NCBI GenBank assembly: GCA_963663225.1 | Contig: OY760142.1 | Span: 195,913 to 259,912, forward strand | DNA length: 64,000 bases | Direction of reading: 5' to 3' | Source: Nitrospirota bacterium | GTDB taxonomy: Bacteria > Nitrospirota > UBA9217 | Shown: positions 1 to 10,324 of the stretch, piece after piece | Numbering within the stretch: the first letter of the stretch is position 1 | Layout of the letters: each line of letters begins with the position of its first letter | Notes under the pieces: generated by a model | What the model was told of the DNA's origin: nothing | Databases searched by the model: none | The model's input: the letters and a program-made list of their open reading frames with translations, nothing else | Program-made: the position numbers and the translations under genes

Positions 1-2
1 AC

Positions 3-1040
3 TTAAGTGCTGTTTTTATCGACCAACTCGTACAAATCAAGGATTTTCCGTGCATTCGATTTCCAGTTAAACTCGCGCTCTGCATACGCACGGGCTTTCT
101 CTCCCATGTCTTGTATATCCATGGAGAACAGTCGGTCAATTGCTTTTCTGAGTTCCTGAGTGTCCTTCGTCGGCACAAGGATGCCGGTATCGGAATTTAT
201 GATATCTTTTATTCCACCAATAGCGGTGCTGATCACGGGTTTTGAGAATGCATAAGCGAGCGGGATTACACCTGACGTGGTGATATCGGTATACGGAAGC
301 ACAACAATATCACAGGCATTGAAATAGTACTGTATTTCATCGTTGCCAATCCACTTGGCGAAAAGACGCAGCTGGGGCATGGTTTTCGCGTGCTCAGTAA
401 GCATTTTGCATACATTCGCATCTTGCAGTTTGCCAGCAACGATGACGATTGTGTTTTTTCTATCTTTTACGGCATCAAGCAGATATTCATATCCCCTGTT
501 TTCCCGTATAAAGCCAAAGCATAGTATCACGTTGATGTTCTCAGGTATCTTTAAGAAAGCACGGGCCTCTTGCTTCGTGACAGTATTTGGATATGACTCA
601 TTAAAATTGCCGTGAGGAATAACAATATGAGCTTTTTTTGTTTTTGTATCAAACGTATCTTCTGCGCGTTCGATATCATGTCGGCTGTGGAATATGATCG
701 CGTCAGACTTTTCATAAAACCATGCTGAAGATAATTTATCTCGTTCCGTATAACCATGCGGAAGAATATTATGCATTTCCCAGATGATTTTTATTCCGAG
801 GAGCTTGCAGAGATAATAAAAACCCTTCATGATGAAGCTGAATGGGAAAATATACAACCAATGGACATGGATGATTCTATAATCTTGCAGCCTGAAATAA
901 AGCATTTTAATAAGATTCGTGAAGGAGGAATAATGAAAGGGCTTTAAAACAACGACCTGCACACCTTCAGCTTCAAGATGATGCTTCAATTGGTTGATAT
1001 ATTCGTGATTTTTGGGAATGATAAAAATGTTTTTTTTCAT
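3..1040 (-). CDS. glycosyltransferase family 4 (GT-B fold)
   Basis: ORF 3..1163. Start placed at internal ATG (MKKNIFIIPKNHEY) 13 nt downstream of the preceding gene's stop; stop codon at 3-5. C-terminal GT4-like region (VLPYTDITTSGVIPLAYAFSKPVISTAIGGI). Confidence 0.8.
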   Translation of the reverse strand: MKKNIFIIPKNHEYINQLKHHLEAEGVQVVVLKPFHYSSFTNLIKMLYFRLQDYRIIHVHWLYIFPFSFIMKGFYYLCKLLGIKIIWEMHNILPHGYTERDKLSSAWFYEKSDAIIFHSRHDIERAEDTFDTKTKKAHIVIPHGNFNESYPNTVTKQEARAFLKIPENINVILCFGFIRENRGYEYLLDAVKDRKNTIVIVAGKLQDANVCKMLTEHAKTMPQLRLFAKWIGNDEIQYYFNACDIVVLPYTDITTSGVIPLAYAFSKPVISTAIGGIKDIINSDTGILVPTKDTQELRKAIDRLFSMDIQDMGEKARAYAEREFNWKSNARKILDLYELVDKNST

Positions 1041-1053
1041 TTGTTTTCCGGAA

Positions 1054-1848
1054 TCATGCTCTATATTTAAAAAACGCGGACCAGATGCGATAGTACAGTT
1101 TGCTTCCCAGTGCTTTTTTAGCAACTGCCTTCGCGCTATACACAAGTTTTTCCTTTGCAGCATAGGAGGAATCGGCGCCTACAATCTGCCGAAAGCAGCT
1201 TATCGGCATGGATCGTGTGATTACGAACCGGTTAAAAACGGTACTGCTTCCAGTACTTGTTGTTTTATTCAAACCAGGGCAGGATGTTGCCACTCCTTTA
1301 TAGCCGGCCTCCTGCGCCGCACGTAAAACGTTCCGGGAGCAAAACCCGCCTGGCAGAGAAATAAAATCAACAGGCAGAGAAAGTTCTTTTTGCAGCTGTT
1401 GCTTGGATTCCTGCAATTCATGCATCAAAGCTTTTTTGTCAAGGTCTGAAAGAAATACATGATTAAAGCTATGGGACTGAATCGACATGTTTTCTTTGGC
1501 CATTTCCCTGAGATGCGTCCAATCAACATAACCGGGGGAACCAACCCGACTTACCGTAATAAAGAAGGTTGCTTTCATACCATATCGTTTCAGAATTGGA
1601 AGGGCTGCTGCATAGTCGCTGTAATTGCCGTCATCAAAAGAAATGATGACGTACTTCCCATTTTGATCAAGCAACCGGCTATCCAGCAAGTTTCCTAAAT
1701 CAGCGCTGGAAAATCCATTCTTCGATAGATATTGAATATGCTGTTCAAAAATGTCAGTAGAAATAGCATAATTTTCCGTATTATCAGTTCCCTCAAACAG
1801 CGCATGATAAAGGAGTACAGGCACACGTAAAGTATTATTCGTCGGCAT
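1054..1848 (-). CDS. polysaccharide deacetylase (NodB-homology domain)
   Basis: 264 aa ORF with NodB motif VIISFDDGNYSDY and downstream His-containing motifs (SHSFNHVFL). Confidence 0.8.
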   Translation of the reverse strand: MPTNNTLRVPVLLYHALFEGTDNTENYAISTDIFEQHIQYLSKNGFSSADLGNLLDSRLLDQNGKYVIISFDDGNYSDYAAALPILKRYGMKATFFITVSRVGSPGYVDWTHLREMAKENMSIQSHSFNHVFLSDLDKKALMHELQESKQQLQKELSLPVDFISLPGGFCSRNVLRAAQEAGYKGVATSCPGLNKTTSTGSSTVFNRFVITRSMPISCFRQIVGADSSYAAKEKLVYSAKAVAKKALGSKLYYRIWSAFFKYRA

Positions 1849-1851
1849 GTT

Positions 1852-3003
1852 CTATACCATTACTTCCTTGTAAAGCGCAAGGTACCGGGCAGACATACGG
1901 TCAGACGAATAGTTTGCCCGGACTGTTTCATATCCACCTTCAGCATAACGTCTTCGCTTGCCGTCATCTGCAAGCAGTGAAGAAAGTGCATCTTCCAGCC
2001 CCTGAACATCTCCAGGAGCAACAAGAATGCCGTTTTCTTCCTGGATGATATTCGGAATAGCACCTACGCTCGTGGCTATGACCGGCTTCTGCGCCGCCAT
2101 GGCTTCCAGTAATACCATGGGAAGCCCTTCTTTAATTGAAGGAAGGACGAATATATCCATAATGGACAGGAGTTCCGGGATGTCCGTCCGGAAACCGGTG
2201 AAAATTACATTTTTATTCAAGCCGTACTGCTCAGTTTCCTGCTTCAAAAAATCGAGAAGAGGGCCTTCTCCCACGATAAGCATCTTGACAGCTCTGCCGG
2301 AGGCAAAAATATTTCTGGCGGCCTGCAAAAGATACGTATGTCCTTTTTCCACACCGAGATTCCCTATAGTGCCGACCACGAGCTCATTGAGCGAAATCCC
2401 CAGTTCACGTTTAAGTTTTTCCACCGGATGATGGTTCTGAAATCTTGTCAGATCAATCCCATTGTCTATAACACTGATCTTTTCCGCCGGTACGCCTGAA
2501 TTCAACATGTCACTTCTTACACCTTCCGATACGGCGACAATTTTATTAAAAAAACGAATCAGCAGACTGTCAATCCGTCGGTATATGCGTAGTTTCCAGT
2601 GAGACGTAAGCCAGTTATGGTTTGTCGCTACGAGCGGCATGCCTTTTTTTCTGGCCAGCAAGGCATAGAAATTTGACTTATATCCGTGGCAATGAATGAT
2701 ATCAATGTCTTTTTCGCGGACAAATGTCCGTATCGCTTCAACCGCTTTGCTGTCGAATTTTGCCTTGCATGAAAAAACAACCGCAGCAATAGAATTTTTT
2801 CCGGCTTCCTCCACGACTTCCTTGTGGGGATTATAGGTATTCATGATGACGCCGATAACAGGTTCGCACCGTTGCCGCTTCAGACTGCTGCATAGTTCGA
2901 TCGCAACCCGTTCTGCTCCATACAGTCCTCTGCTGCTGATCAAGTGCAAAACTTTCAGGGGTCGCGCAGTATTTGCTGGGTGAGAGGATGTCAACTCTTG
3001 CAC
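1852..3003 (-). CDS. glycosyltransferase family 4
   Basis: 383 aa ORF; C-terminal GT4 signature FVLPSIKEGLPMVLLEAMAAQKPVIATSVGAIP. Confidence 0.8.
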   Translation of the reverse strand: MQELTSSHPANTARPLKVLHLISSRGLYGAERVAIELCSSLKRQRCEPVIGVIMNTYNPHKEVVEEAGKNSIAAVVFSCKAKFDSKAVEAIRTFVREKDIDIIHCHGYKSNFYALLARKKGMPLVATNHNWLTSHWKLRIYRRIDSLLIRFFNKIVAVSEGVRSDMLNSGVPAEKISVIDNGIDLTRFQNHHPVEKLKRELGISLNELVVGTIGNLGVEKGHTYLLQAARNIFASGRAVKMLIVGEGPLLDFLKQETEQYGLNKNVIFTGFRTDIPELLSIMDIFVLPSIKEGLPMVLLEAMAAQKPVIATSVGAIPNIIQEENGILVAPGDVQGLEDALSSLLADDGKRRRYAEGGYETVRANYSSDRMSARYLALYKEVMV

Positions 3004-3648
3004 GTATCATCTCCGCACTTTTTGGCATTTGGCATAATGTCCTGTTTTTGCGCAGGGGCCAAAATCCGGTAGAAAGTCAGAAAAATTAGTTTCATATCAT
3101 AGAAAAATGAACGATGCAGTATGTATTCCTTTGCCATCCGCATTTTTTCCGGGAGAAGCACGGTCAGATAAAAATGTTCCGGGTTGTCCTGTCCTTTCAG
3201 AACGCTTTCTTCATCCCTGAATGTCAGAGATGAAATATCCGTAATGCCCGGGCGCACGCTCAGAATGGTTTCATATTCCTGTTTGTAATACTCGACGTAT
3301 TTCTTTACTTCCGGCCGTGGTCCCACTATGCTCATATCGCCTGTTACAACATTGATAAGCTGCGGCAGTTCATCAATTTTTGTTTTTCTCAATATCCGTC
3401 CAATCGCAGTAACACGTGCGTCGCCGCCCGCAGTAATCTGCAATCCGCTTTTCTGAGCATCACGCACCATGGTCCTGAATTTGTAAATAAAAAACGGTTT
3501 GAACCTCCGGCCCATCCGTTCCTGTTTGAAGAAAACAGGACCATCGCTGCCGAATCTGACTAGAAAAGCGACGACGATAAAGAGCGGCAATAGGACCAGA
3601 AGTCCGATCAAAGCACTGAAAAAATCAAAAAGGCGTTTTATCATCATA
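2991..3648 (-). CDS. polyprenyl-phosphate sugar-1-phosphate transferase (bacterial sugar transferase, short WbaP/PglC type); likely priming transferase
   Basis: N-terminal TM helix, then KIDELPQLINVVTGDMSIVGPRP and SVRPGITD motifs typical of bacterial sugar transferases. Start placed at the tandem ATG pair (MMIKRLFDFF). Confidence 0.75.
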
Positions 3649-3689
3649 GCATGTAAGCATAAATAGCGGTGCGGCGCGTGCACGCGTCG

Positions 3690-4913
3690 TTACTTCTTAT
3701 AGAGCGTGATAATTTCCGTGACAGTCCGAATCACCCGGTCGATATCACTCTCGGTCATTTTCGGATAGATTGGCAGGGAGATTATCCTCTTGTAGGTTTC
3801 GAATGCCACAGGATACTGTTCAGGTTTGTATCCGAAGGTATCCCGGTAATACGGATGGATATGCAACGGAATAAAGTGAACGGAGGTCCCGATTCCCCGC
3901 TGCCTCAGTTCCTCGATGAATCGGTTCCGGTCGATGTTTAGGGTCTCCAGATTCAGTTTGAGCACATACAGATGCCAGCCGTGCTTATATTGCTGGGCAC
4001 CACCCGTTAACTCCGAAGAATTGCTCCCGTCCATCTCCGGAAGTTCAACTGCCGAAAGCTTCGAAAATGCCTGGCTGTATCTTTCGGCGATATATTTTCT
4101 CCGCTTCCATAATTCATCGGCTTTTTTCAGCTGAACAATGCCCAGAGCAGCCGCTGTATCCGTGAGATTGTACTTATAACCCGGCGCTATAATTTCATAA
4201 TACCAGCTTCCTTCCGCCGTATATCTTTTCCAGGCATCCTTGCTGATTCCGTGCAGGCTCATAATCCTCATCCGATCGGCCCACTCGTCGTTGTTCGTTG
4301 TTATCATTCCGCCTTCACCGGTAGAAATATTTTTTGTTGCGTAAAAGCTAAAGCAGGTAATGTCGCCGATTGTTCCGATAATGTCCTTGCCATATACTGC
4401 AGGAAATGCATGCGCCGCATCCTCAATGACCATCAACCCGAATTTTCTGGCGATGGCCATGATCGCCTCCATGGCACAGGGACGACCGGCGTAATGAACG
4501 GGAATGATGGCTTTCGGCAGAGCAGAGCCGCGCTCAGCGCATGAAGACAGATACGCTTCTATGCCGGCGGGGGCAATGTTCATCGTCACCGGGTCAATAT
4601 CAACAAAAACCGGTACTGCTTTGAAGTAACGGATCACTTCGGCGGTGGCAGCAAACGTCATGGGGGTTGTAAGAACCGAATCGCCCTCCTTGATGCCGAT
4701 GGCCTCCAGCGCGAGGTGAAGGGCGGCTGTGCATGAGTTTACCGCGATAGCGTGCTTGCATCCGATGTATTTTGCGAAATCGCTTTCAAATTGTTTTGTA
4801 CGAGGACCGGTTGTTATCCACCCGCTTTTAAGGGTATCTACAACAGCCTGAATTTCCTCGTCTCCGATCAACGGAAGTGAGAAAGGAAGAAAATCATTTT
4901 TATTTGCACTCAT
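3690..4913 (-). CDS. DegT/DnrJ/EryC1/StrS-family PLP-dependent sugar aminotransferase
   Basis: Start at internal ATG (MSANKNDF) preceded by AAGGAG RBS. Family-typical N-terminal region LPLIGDEEIQAVVDTLKSGWITTGP and overall length about 407 aa. Confidence 0.85.
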   Translation of the reverse strand: MSANKNDFLPFSLPLIGDEEIQAVVDTLKSGWITTGPRTKQFESDFAKYIGCKHAIAVNSCTAALHLALEAIGIKEGDSVLTTPMTFAATAEVIRYFKAVPVFVDIDPVTMNIAPAGIEAYLSSCAERGSALPKAIIPVHYAGRPCAMEAIMAIARKFGLMVIEDAAHAFPAVYGKDIIGTIGDITCFSFYATKNISTGEGGMITTNNDEWADRMRIMSLHGISKDAWKRYTAEGSWYYEIIAPGYKYNLTDTAAALGIVQLKKADELWKRRKYIAERYSQAFSKLSAVELPEMDGSNSSELTGGAQQYKHGWHLYVLKLNLETLNIDRNRFIEELRQRGIGTSVHFIPLHIHPYYRDTFGYKPEQYPVAFETYKRIISLPIYPKMTESDIDRVIRTVTEIITLYKK

Positions 4914-4930
4914 CTGACGCTCCTTAACAG

Positions 4931-5710
4931 TTATCTGAATTTTCTGCCGCGGCTCAGGAAACGCTTCACATCTTCCCTGTCCGGCCAACCGTAGTAATTT
5001 CCCTTAGTCATATCGAGCGAACGGGTTGCAACATCGTTCCTGACAATTTTTTCTATGCCTTCAAGCACCATTTCCGCACCAATCTGTTTGGAATGCCGGA
5101 TAAAGGAATCCAGGGTGTCATGCTCACGGATTAGGAATTGCCTCTGGACCAGCACATCGCCCGCGTCGATTTTTTCGTTTACAAAAAACAGCGTGCTCCC
5201 CGCTTCCTTTTCGCCATTTGCAAGGACCCAAAACGACGGCATTACGCCCCGGTAATCAGGCAGCAGCGAACCGTGAAGGTTCAGGCAGCCTTTCGGTGCC
5301 AGCTGGATCAAGTCCTTTTTAAATATCTGCGGACATGATATGGATACGATAAGCTCCGTGTCCCAATCTTTTAAGAGTTGCCGGGTCTCCGGGCTGTTTA
5401 CATCAAGAGCCTGCACATAAGGAATACCGTACGCCGCCAGCACCGACTTAAGCGAATAATATTTTCCTGTTTTGCCGCCAAAACGATCCATCACCTTGTG
5501 TGACAGAACCTGAACGGAAAGCATCCCGGCTTCCCAGAAACCGAACGTTTTTGCATAGCGCAACGCAAGCCCCAGCGTTGTTGTTTTTTTGTAAAGCGGC
5601 GGAACAACGATAACTTTAACCTCATGCCGGCCTTTCAGATTTTCAAGAACAAACTGGTAGAATTCCGGCAAATACAGCGGTTCATCCGGCGTTAAAAAAA
5701 CAATGCGCAT
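4931..5710 (-). CDS. formyltransferase (Fmt/ArnA N-terminal-domain-like)
   Basis: 259 aa ORF with formyl-transferase core LNLHGSLLPDYRGVMPSFWVLANGEKEAGSTLFFVNEKIDAGDVL. Confidence 0.7.
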   Translation of the reverse strand: MRIVFLTPDEPLYLPEFYQFVLENLKGRHEVKVIVVPPLYKKTTTLGLALRYAKTFGFWEAGMLSVQVLSHKVMDRFGGKTGKYYSLKSVLAAYGIPYVQALDVNSPETRQLLKDWDTELIVSISCPQIFKKDLIQLAPKGCLNLHGSLLPDYRGVMPSFWVLANGEKEAGSTLFFVNEKIDAGDVLVQRQFLIREHDTLDSFIRHSKQIGAEMVLEGIEKIVRNDVATRSLDMTKGNYYGWPDREDVKRFLSRGRKFR

Positions 5711-5711
5711 G

Positions 5712-6572
5712 CTATATTCCTGCCTTTTCGCGGTGTTTTTGCAAAATGTCCGTTATTGTCCCGAACCTGCTCAACTGCAGAAGTCCGGCCACTTTTTCCT
5801 CAAATCCGGCACGTCCGATTCCCTGATGCAGTCTGCGAGTGACGGGAACATGCTTCATCATCTCTTGCCATTCCAGCGGGTTAAATTCATACGGATGGCA
5901 GTAAATAACAAAGGGCATATTTTCTTCTTCAATCCGTTTCAGACATCGCTTCAAAAACCAGGCCGGAAACAAACGAAAATATCCGCCTCCTCCTATCGGG
6001 ATACGAAGACCTGCGGGCCGCTTCAACTGGAGGACAGTGACCGGCAGTTCTTCCAGAGGTCCTTCCGGAGTCTCAATCCTGCTGTATCCCCGTGCAAAAC
6101 CTTCTATGCCGTAGCGAGGGGTTTTTAAAGGGAAAATGGACGAATCAAATTTAATACCGCACTCAACCATGACATCAAACGCCCAGAAGTTATCCTTGTC
6201 GATAGAAAAATCAGGAGCACGGAATCCGGTTACCGGTTTTCCGATAATGTCTTCAATCAGTTTGCCTGTCTCCGTTAATTCCTGTTTAAATGCTTTCGGC
6301 GTAAGACTGTAGACCGGTCGATGAGAATACCCGTGCGACTGGACTTCATGGCCGTTCGTACAAATCTCTTTGATCAACTCTGGATACTGTTTCGCAACCA
6401 TCCCCTGGACGAAAAATGTGCCCTTTACATTCAAACGTTCAAGAAAGCCAAGAACATGCCGTGTGTTCCGGACGCAAAGTTCACTGATGGGCGCGTCAAA
6501 GTTGTAAGAAGACTGGTACCAGTCTTCAACATCCACAGAAAAGGCGTGAATACTATTGTTTGCCATATTCAT
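5712..6572 (-). CDS. polysaccharide deacetylase-family protein (DVEDW-type, as in PEP-CTERM-locus deacetylases; possibly a deformylase)
   Basis: 286 aa ORF starting MNMANNSIHAFSVDVEDWYQS, with His-rich catalytic region (HEVQSHGYSHRP). Assignment to the PEP-CTERM-locus subfamily is from recalled motifs only. Confidence 0.7.
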   Translation of the reverse strand: MNMANNSIHAFSVDVEDWYQSSYNFDAPISELCVRNTRHVLGFLERLNVKGTFFVQGMVAKQYPELIKEICTNGHEVQSHGYSHRPVYSLTPKAFKQELTETGKLIEDIIGKPVTGFRAPDFSIDKDNFWAFDVMVECGIKFDSSIFPLKTPRYGIEGFARGYSRIETPEGPLEELPVTVLQLKRPAGLRIPIGGGGYFRLFPAWFLKRCLKRIEEENMPFVIYCHPYEFNPLEWQEMMKHVPVTRRLHQGIGRAGFEEKVAGLLQLSRFGTITDILQKHREKAGI

Positions 6573-7609
6573 TATCTGCTGAGTGATTCGAACCAGCTTG
6601 ATTTGAAATTGAGGAATCGGTTAGCCAACCCAAACAGAAAGCCTGTTCCGAAACCCGTATGAATGCAGAAGATGGAGGCGGCAATGCCGGACCAAAATTT
6701 CATCTCGTGTTTCAGGGCGATTCTCAGGGCTTCCGCTGCAAGTGCAACCAGATAACCGCCTGTGTACAGAAAAAAGCATGCGGCCGCATAGTTGCTGAAC
6801 AGTCCAACACACCCCAGTACGCCGAATCCGGCTACAAGCAGCGCTGGCATGTAATGGCGCCATGAGGCCTGCCGGGGATGCTTTTCCAACACAAATACTT
6901 TCCAATAACCGTATTGCAAAAACTGTTTGAACAGCTGTTTGAACGTTTTTCTAGGAAAATACTGGATCTTGATTCTGCCTGATTGAATGACTTTGCCTCC
7001 ATTCTTTCTCAAACGGAACGATAACTCATCATCCTGATTCCTGATCATGCGTTCGTCATACAAGCCGACTTCAATGAGGCGGCTTTTTTTGAAACAGCCG
7101 CCGTATACCGCATCGGTCTCGCCGATGAAATCTCCCCGATCACGCAAGGCGCCTCCCATGGCTATGGGACTTTTATATGCAAGCGCAATGCTTTGCTGCG
7201 TGTAGGTAACGCCTGCCGGCACCAGCACACCACCGGCATTATCGGCACCGGTCTGCTCCATGAGGCCAATCAGTTCCGTTAAATAGTTTTTCGGATGAAC
7301 GCACCGTACGTCTGCGCGCACAATATATTCCCCCCGAGCCTGCATGATTCCGAGATTCATGCCGTGTGGAACCGTTTTCTGCGGGTTGTCCAGAACGGTC
7401 AGCCCAGGGTATTTAGTCTGAAGCGTTGTATACATATCCCTGGTTCCATCCGTGCTCATGCCGTCAATGACAATAACTTCAAAACCGTCGGCTGGTGCGT
7501 CAAAACCATAAATGTTATCCAGACAGCTTTCAATATGTCCGGCTTCGTTCCTGCAGGGAATCAGGACTGAAGCTTTCAATTTTTGTCCGACGCTGTTTTT
7601 CATGTTCAT
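6572..7609 (-). CDS. glycosyltransferase family 2 with C-terminal transmembrane helices (polyisoprenyl-phosphate glycosyltransferase-like, ArnC/DPM1/GtrB type)
   Basis: 345 aa ORF; N-terminal GT2 region LIPCRNEAGHIE...VIVIDGMSTDGT and about two hydrophobic helices at the C-terminus. Confidence 0.75.
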   Translation of the reverse strand: MNMKNSVGQKLKASVLIPCRNEAGHIESCLDNIYGFDAPADGFEVIVIDGMSTDGTRDMYTTLQTKYPGLTVLDNPQKTVPHGMNLGIMQARGEYIVRADVRCVHPKNYLTELIGLMEQTGADNAGGVLVPAGVTYTQQSIALAYKSPIAMGGALRDRGDFIGETDAVYGGCFKKSRLIEVGLYDERMIRNQDDELSFRLRKNGGKVIQSGRIKIQYFPRKTFKQLFKQFLQYGYWKVFVLEKHPRQASWRHYMPALLVAGFGVLGCVGLFSNYAAACFFLYTGGYLVALAAEALRIALKHEMKFWSGIAASIFCIHTGFGTGFLFGLANRFLNFKSSWFESLSR

Positions 7610-7643
7610 AGCCTGTTCATTCGTCCGTGATACAGCTTGCCGC

Positions 7644-8945
7644 TTAATGGAACTCGTATGCTCCCATATCGAAACCAGTTCCTTGAGGCCGCTTCACGCC
7701 GTCTTTATCCGTCATAACATCCGGCAACGCTACACCTTTATTGATCGCTGCGGAATTCTGCTGAAGGTGGAAATTTTCCTGCCGCGGGTTTATAAACCGC
7801 GGATCGCCGGTCACCGGAGACGTATCCGTCAATTTCAGCAGTTTTACCGGCTTGGGCCAGTACAGGTTGTTCGCGATCCTGATAGTCGAATTTCCTTTTT
7901 CGTTTTTTACATGCTGCGTACTCGCTGTCGAGCCGTCAGCGTTCGACAAGTCGAATATATTATTCTGCACGACGACGTTGTTTATATCCCGTTCGGTTCC
8001 ATAAATCGACAGCGCCGCCCCTCCATTGCCGAAAATAGTATTATTGAAAATTTTTACGTTTGACACAACACCCGGAACATAGATGCCGCTGTGGGGATTG
8101 TTAAAAAGGATATTGTTTCTGATAATAACGTTTTCAATTCTTGCGTGATCATATGCCGCAAGGATGATTCCCGACCGCTGCAGAGAATTGGCGACAATAT
8201 TCCCTTCTATCACAACATCTTTTATCAGCCGCTCAAAACCCGGCTTGTCGCCACCGCGCCGCTGGTCAAAGACATGAATTCCATAGCCGCTCATTCCGCG
8301 AGCTGTGTTGTTTTTTATTTTAATGTTTGTACCGTGGCTGATATAGTAGCAATGACCCTGGGTTCCTACGCTGCTTGCTTTGATATCGCAGACATTCCCT
8401 TCAAGAAGAATATTATTGCCGCTCACACCGATCGCATCCCATGAATATCCGGCTCCTGAAAAATTATTATTTACCAGCTGTATCGTGGTACGGTTGATCC
8501 CGCCCGCACCGATTGACTTTCCGTTTTTAAAATGCAGCCCTTCAATACGGATATAGTCGCATTCGATGATAAAGGGCCTTTGACTGTTCACAAAAACAGG
8601 CGTCTCGTGCGGATACGCTTTTATCGTCACCAACTTTCCGGGTGCGCCGCAGTGGCCGTATTCCGCCCGAAGCCATACTTCACTTTCCTGATAGGTTCCG
8701 CCGCGAACAAGCACGGTGTCTCCCGGCCGCGCTTTTCGCGCCGCGTATTCCACGCTGCCCCAGGGACTGCTCTGAGACCCGCTGTTTCTGTCAGATCCGC
8801 TTGATGATACATAATAGGTGTCTCCCGCGCCGATTGCGGAGACAGGAATCATGGTCAGAATGAGTATAAAAAGAAAAAAACAATATAAGACGGGTTTATA
8901 CACGTTTCCTCCTTGGGATCTCAAGCATCGCTTTGCCGGTGACAA
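7644..8945 (-). CDS. right-handed parallel beta-helix repeat protein with N-terminal TM/signal segment; putative secreted glycanase or polysaccharide lyase
   Basis: 433 aa ORF with repeated PbH1-like turns (VVIEGNIVANS, VIIRNNILFNN, VKIFNNTIFGNGG, VVVQNNIFDLSN, IRIANNLYW). Start uncertain: the ORF overlaps the upstream gene by about 50 nt. Confidence 0.6.
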   Translation of the reverse strand: MSPAKRCLRSQGGNVYKPVLYCFFLFILILTMIPVSAIGAGDTYYVSSSGSDRNSGSQSSPWGSVEYAARKARPGDTVLVRGGTYQESEVWLRAEYGHCGAPGKLVTIKAYPHETPVFVNSQRPFIIECDYIRIEGLHFKNGKSIGAGGINRTTIQLVNNNFSGAGYSWDAIGVSGNNILLEGNVCDIKASSVGTQGHCYYISHGTNIKIKNNTARGMSGYGIHVFDQRRGGDKPGFERLIKDVVIEGNIVANSLQRSGIILAAYDHARIENVIIRNNILFNNPHSGIYVPGVVSNVKIFNNTIFGNGGAALSIYGTERDINNVVVQNNIFDLSNADGSTASTQHVKNEKGNSTIRIANNLYWPKPVKLLKLTDTSPVTGDPRFINPRQENFHLQQNSAAINKGVALPDVMTDKDGVKRPQGTGFDMGAYEFH

Positions 8946-10266
8946 CAGGAACTGAATTTTCGACCTGAGTGGCTTGCTGTTTCGCAGATTTCATTAACAG
9001 AATTCCTCTGTCGGTCAGTCCCCAAAAAACCCAAAAATACGTCCCCATTTCATAATAGGAAAAGCGATCGCCAAAAACATTTGTAATAGCATGCGCTATA
9101 GCGCACCCGATAAAACCGAGCCCGAGACCGCGTTGAAATTGGCTTGTGCCGCCTCTGAACAACTTCCAGCCGCTTCTGAGCGCACCCAAGAAAATGAGCA
9201 GCAATAAGAACGTGCCGATAAGGCCTTGCTCGCACAGAGTCTTTAAATAGAAGTTATGCGTGTCGGACCAGTGTTCGCTGATATGCGCCACGGTAAAGCC
9301 TTTGAACCCGCTCCCGAAAATCGGATATTCATGGAACATGTCCATTGCTGAGTTCCAGAGCATCAGACGTGCCGCTGCGGAAGACTCCAGCTCACCGGTT
9401 CCGCTTTCGGTCATCTGTATACGTTCAACGACTGAAGTCGGCAACACGACCTGCCACAGCAGAACAAGAATCACTACCGCGACTAAGAGACGCCTGTCCT
9501 TCAGAAGGCCATAAACCGCCAACACGCTAAAAGCAGCAAGGTATGCTCCTCGGGAAAACGTAAAAAAGAGCGGATGGAGTGAAAAAATCAATGCCGCCAG
9601 ATACAGCCATTTTCTTTTCCGATCCTTGTCCAGAAGGAAAAGGCCCAGAATAAATGAAAAACAATAGGCGATAAACGCGCCGTAGTGGTTCGAGCCGAGC
9701 CCGGCTACCCAGAAAGGACCCGCGTCCCTGCTTTCATCGACAAAAGACGCGCCTGCAGTAAAATTCCTGAAGCTTTTTACAGCGACGTACAAGACCACCA
9801 GGGTCATGATGACAACCAGTTGTTTCTGTTGTTTTTCGTCCTTGATTGCGCTCACGGTCAGAAAGTAGGTGAAGATCATTACGCAATAACTTTTCCAGAT
9901 CACGAGAACCTGGCTTTCCCGCGTTATGGGTGTGGGAAGGCCGAAATTCAGGCTGACATTCCATACCGAAATATAGCTGACGATAAGGAAAATCAGCACG
10001 ATAACGGAATTATCGGATTTTGAAAAACCTTTTTTATTCACGAAAATGCCGATAAATACTGCAATGATCAGCATGTCGATGAAATCCTTGCCGTACGGAA
10101 AGCTATACAGCTTGTGGTACACGTTCGGCTGCGGTATCAGGGCGACTGCCAGATACAGCGCCCATTCCGCTTTTTTTGCGATGCTGATAATCGCGGTGAT
10201 AATTCCGCCGAAATAAAGCGTGTTGACTAATATCCAACTGATGATTGGTCGTAAAAAAGCTATCAT
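8896..10266 (-). CDS. O-antigen ligase/polymerase-family membrane protein (Wzy_C-like); possibly the exosortase-associated O-glycosylation ligase type
   Basis: 456 aa polytopic membrane ORF with Wzy_C-like motif LHPLFFTFSRGAYLAAF and a large loop containing EHWSDTHNFYLKTLCEQG. Confidence 0.7.
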   Translation of the reverse strand: MIAFLRPIISWILVNTLYFGGIITAIISIAKKAEWALYLAVALIPQPNVYHKLYSFPYGKDFIDMLIIAVFIGIFVNKKGFSKSDNSVIVLIFLIVSYISVWNVSLNFGLPTPITRESQVLVIWKSYCVMIFTYFLTVSAIKDEKQQKQLVVIMTLVVLYVAVKSFRNFTAGASFVDESRDAGPFWVAGLGSNHYGAFIAYCFSFILGLFLLDKDRKRKWLYLAALIFSLHPLFFTFSRGAYLAAFSVLAVYGLLKDRRLLVAVVILVLLWQVVLPTSVVERIQMTESGTGELESSAAARLMLWNSAMDMFHEYPIFGSGFKGFTVAHISEHWSDTHNFYLKTLCEQGLIGTFLLLLIFLGALRSGWKLFRGGTSQFQRGLGLGFIGCAIAHAITNVFGDRFSYYEMGTYFWVFWGLTDRGILLMKSAKQQATQVENSVPVVTGKAMLEIPRRKRV

Positions 10267-10324
10267 ATATTATGCCTGTTGTTTGCCTTGAGCATATAGC
10301 ACCGGTAAATACCGATTGCCGGAA

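Noticed and set aside
8896-10266. Polytopic membrane protein as the exosortase (XrtA/EpsH)
   Set aside because: It carries the Wzy_C/O-antigen-ligase-type motif (FTFSRGAYLAAF) and a large periplasmic loop; I see none of the features I would expect of an exosortase. No other candidate exosortase is in the window.
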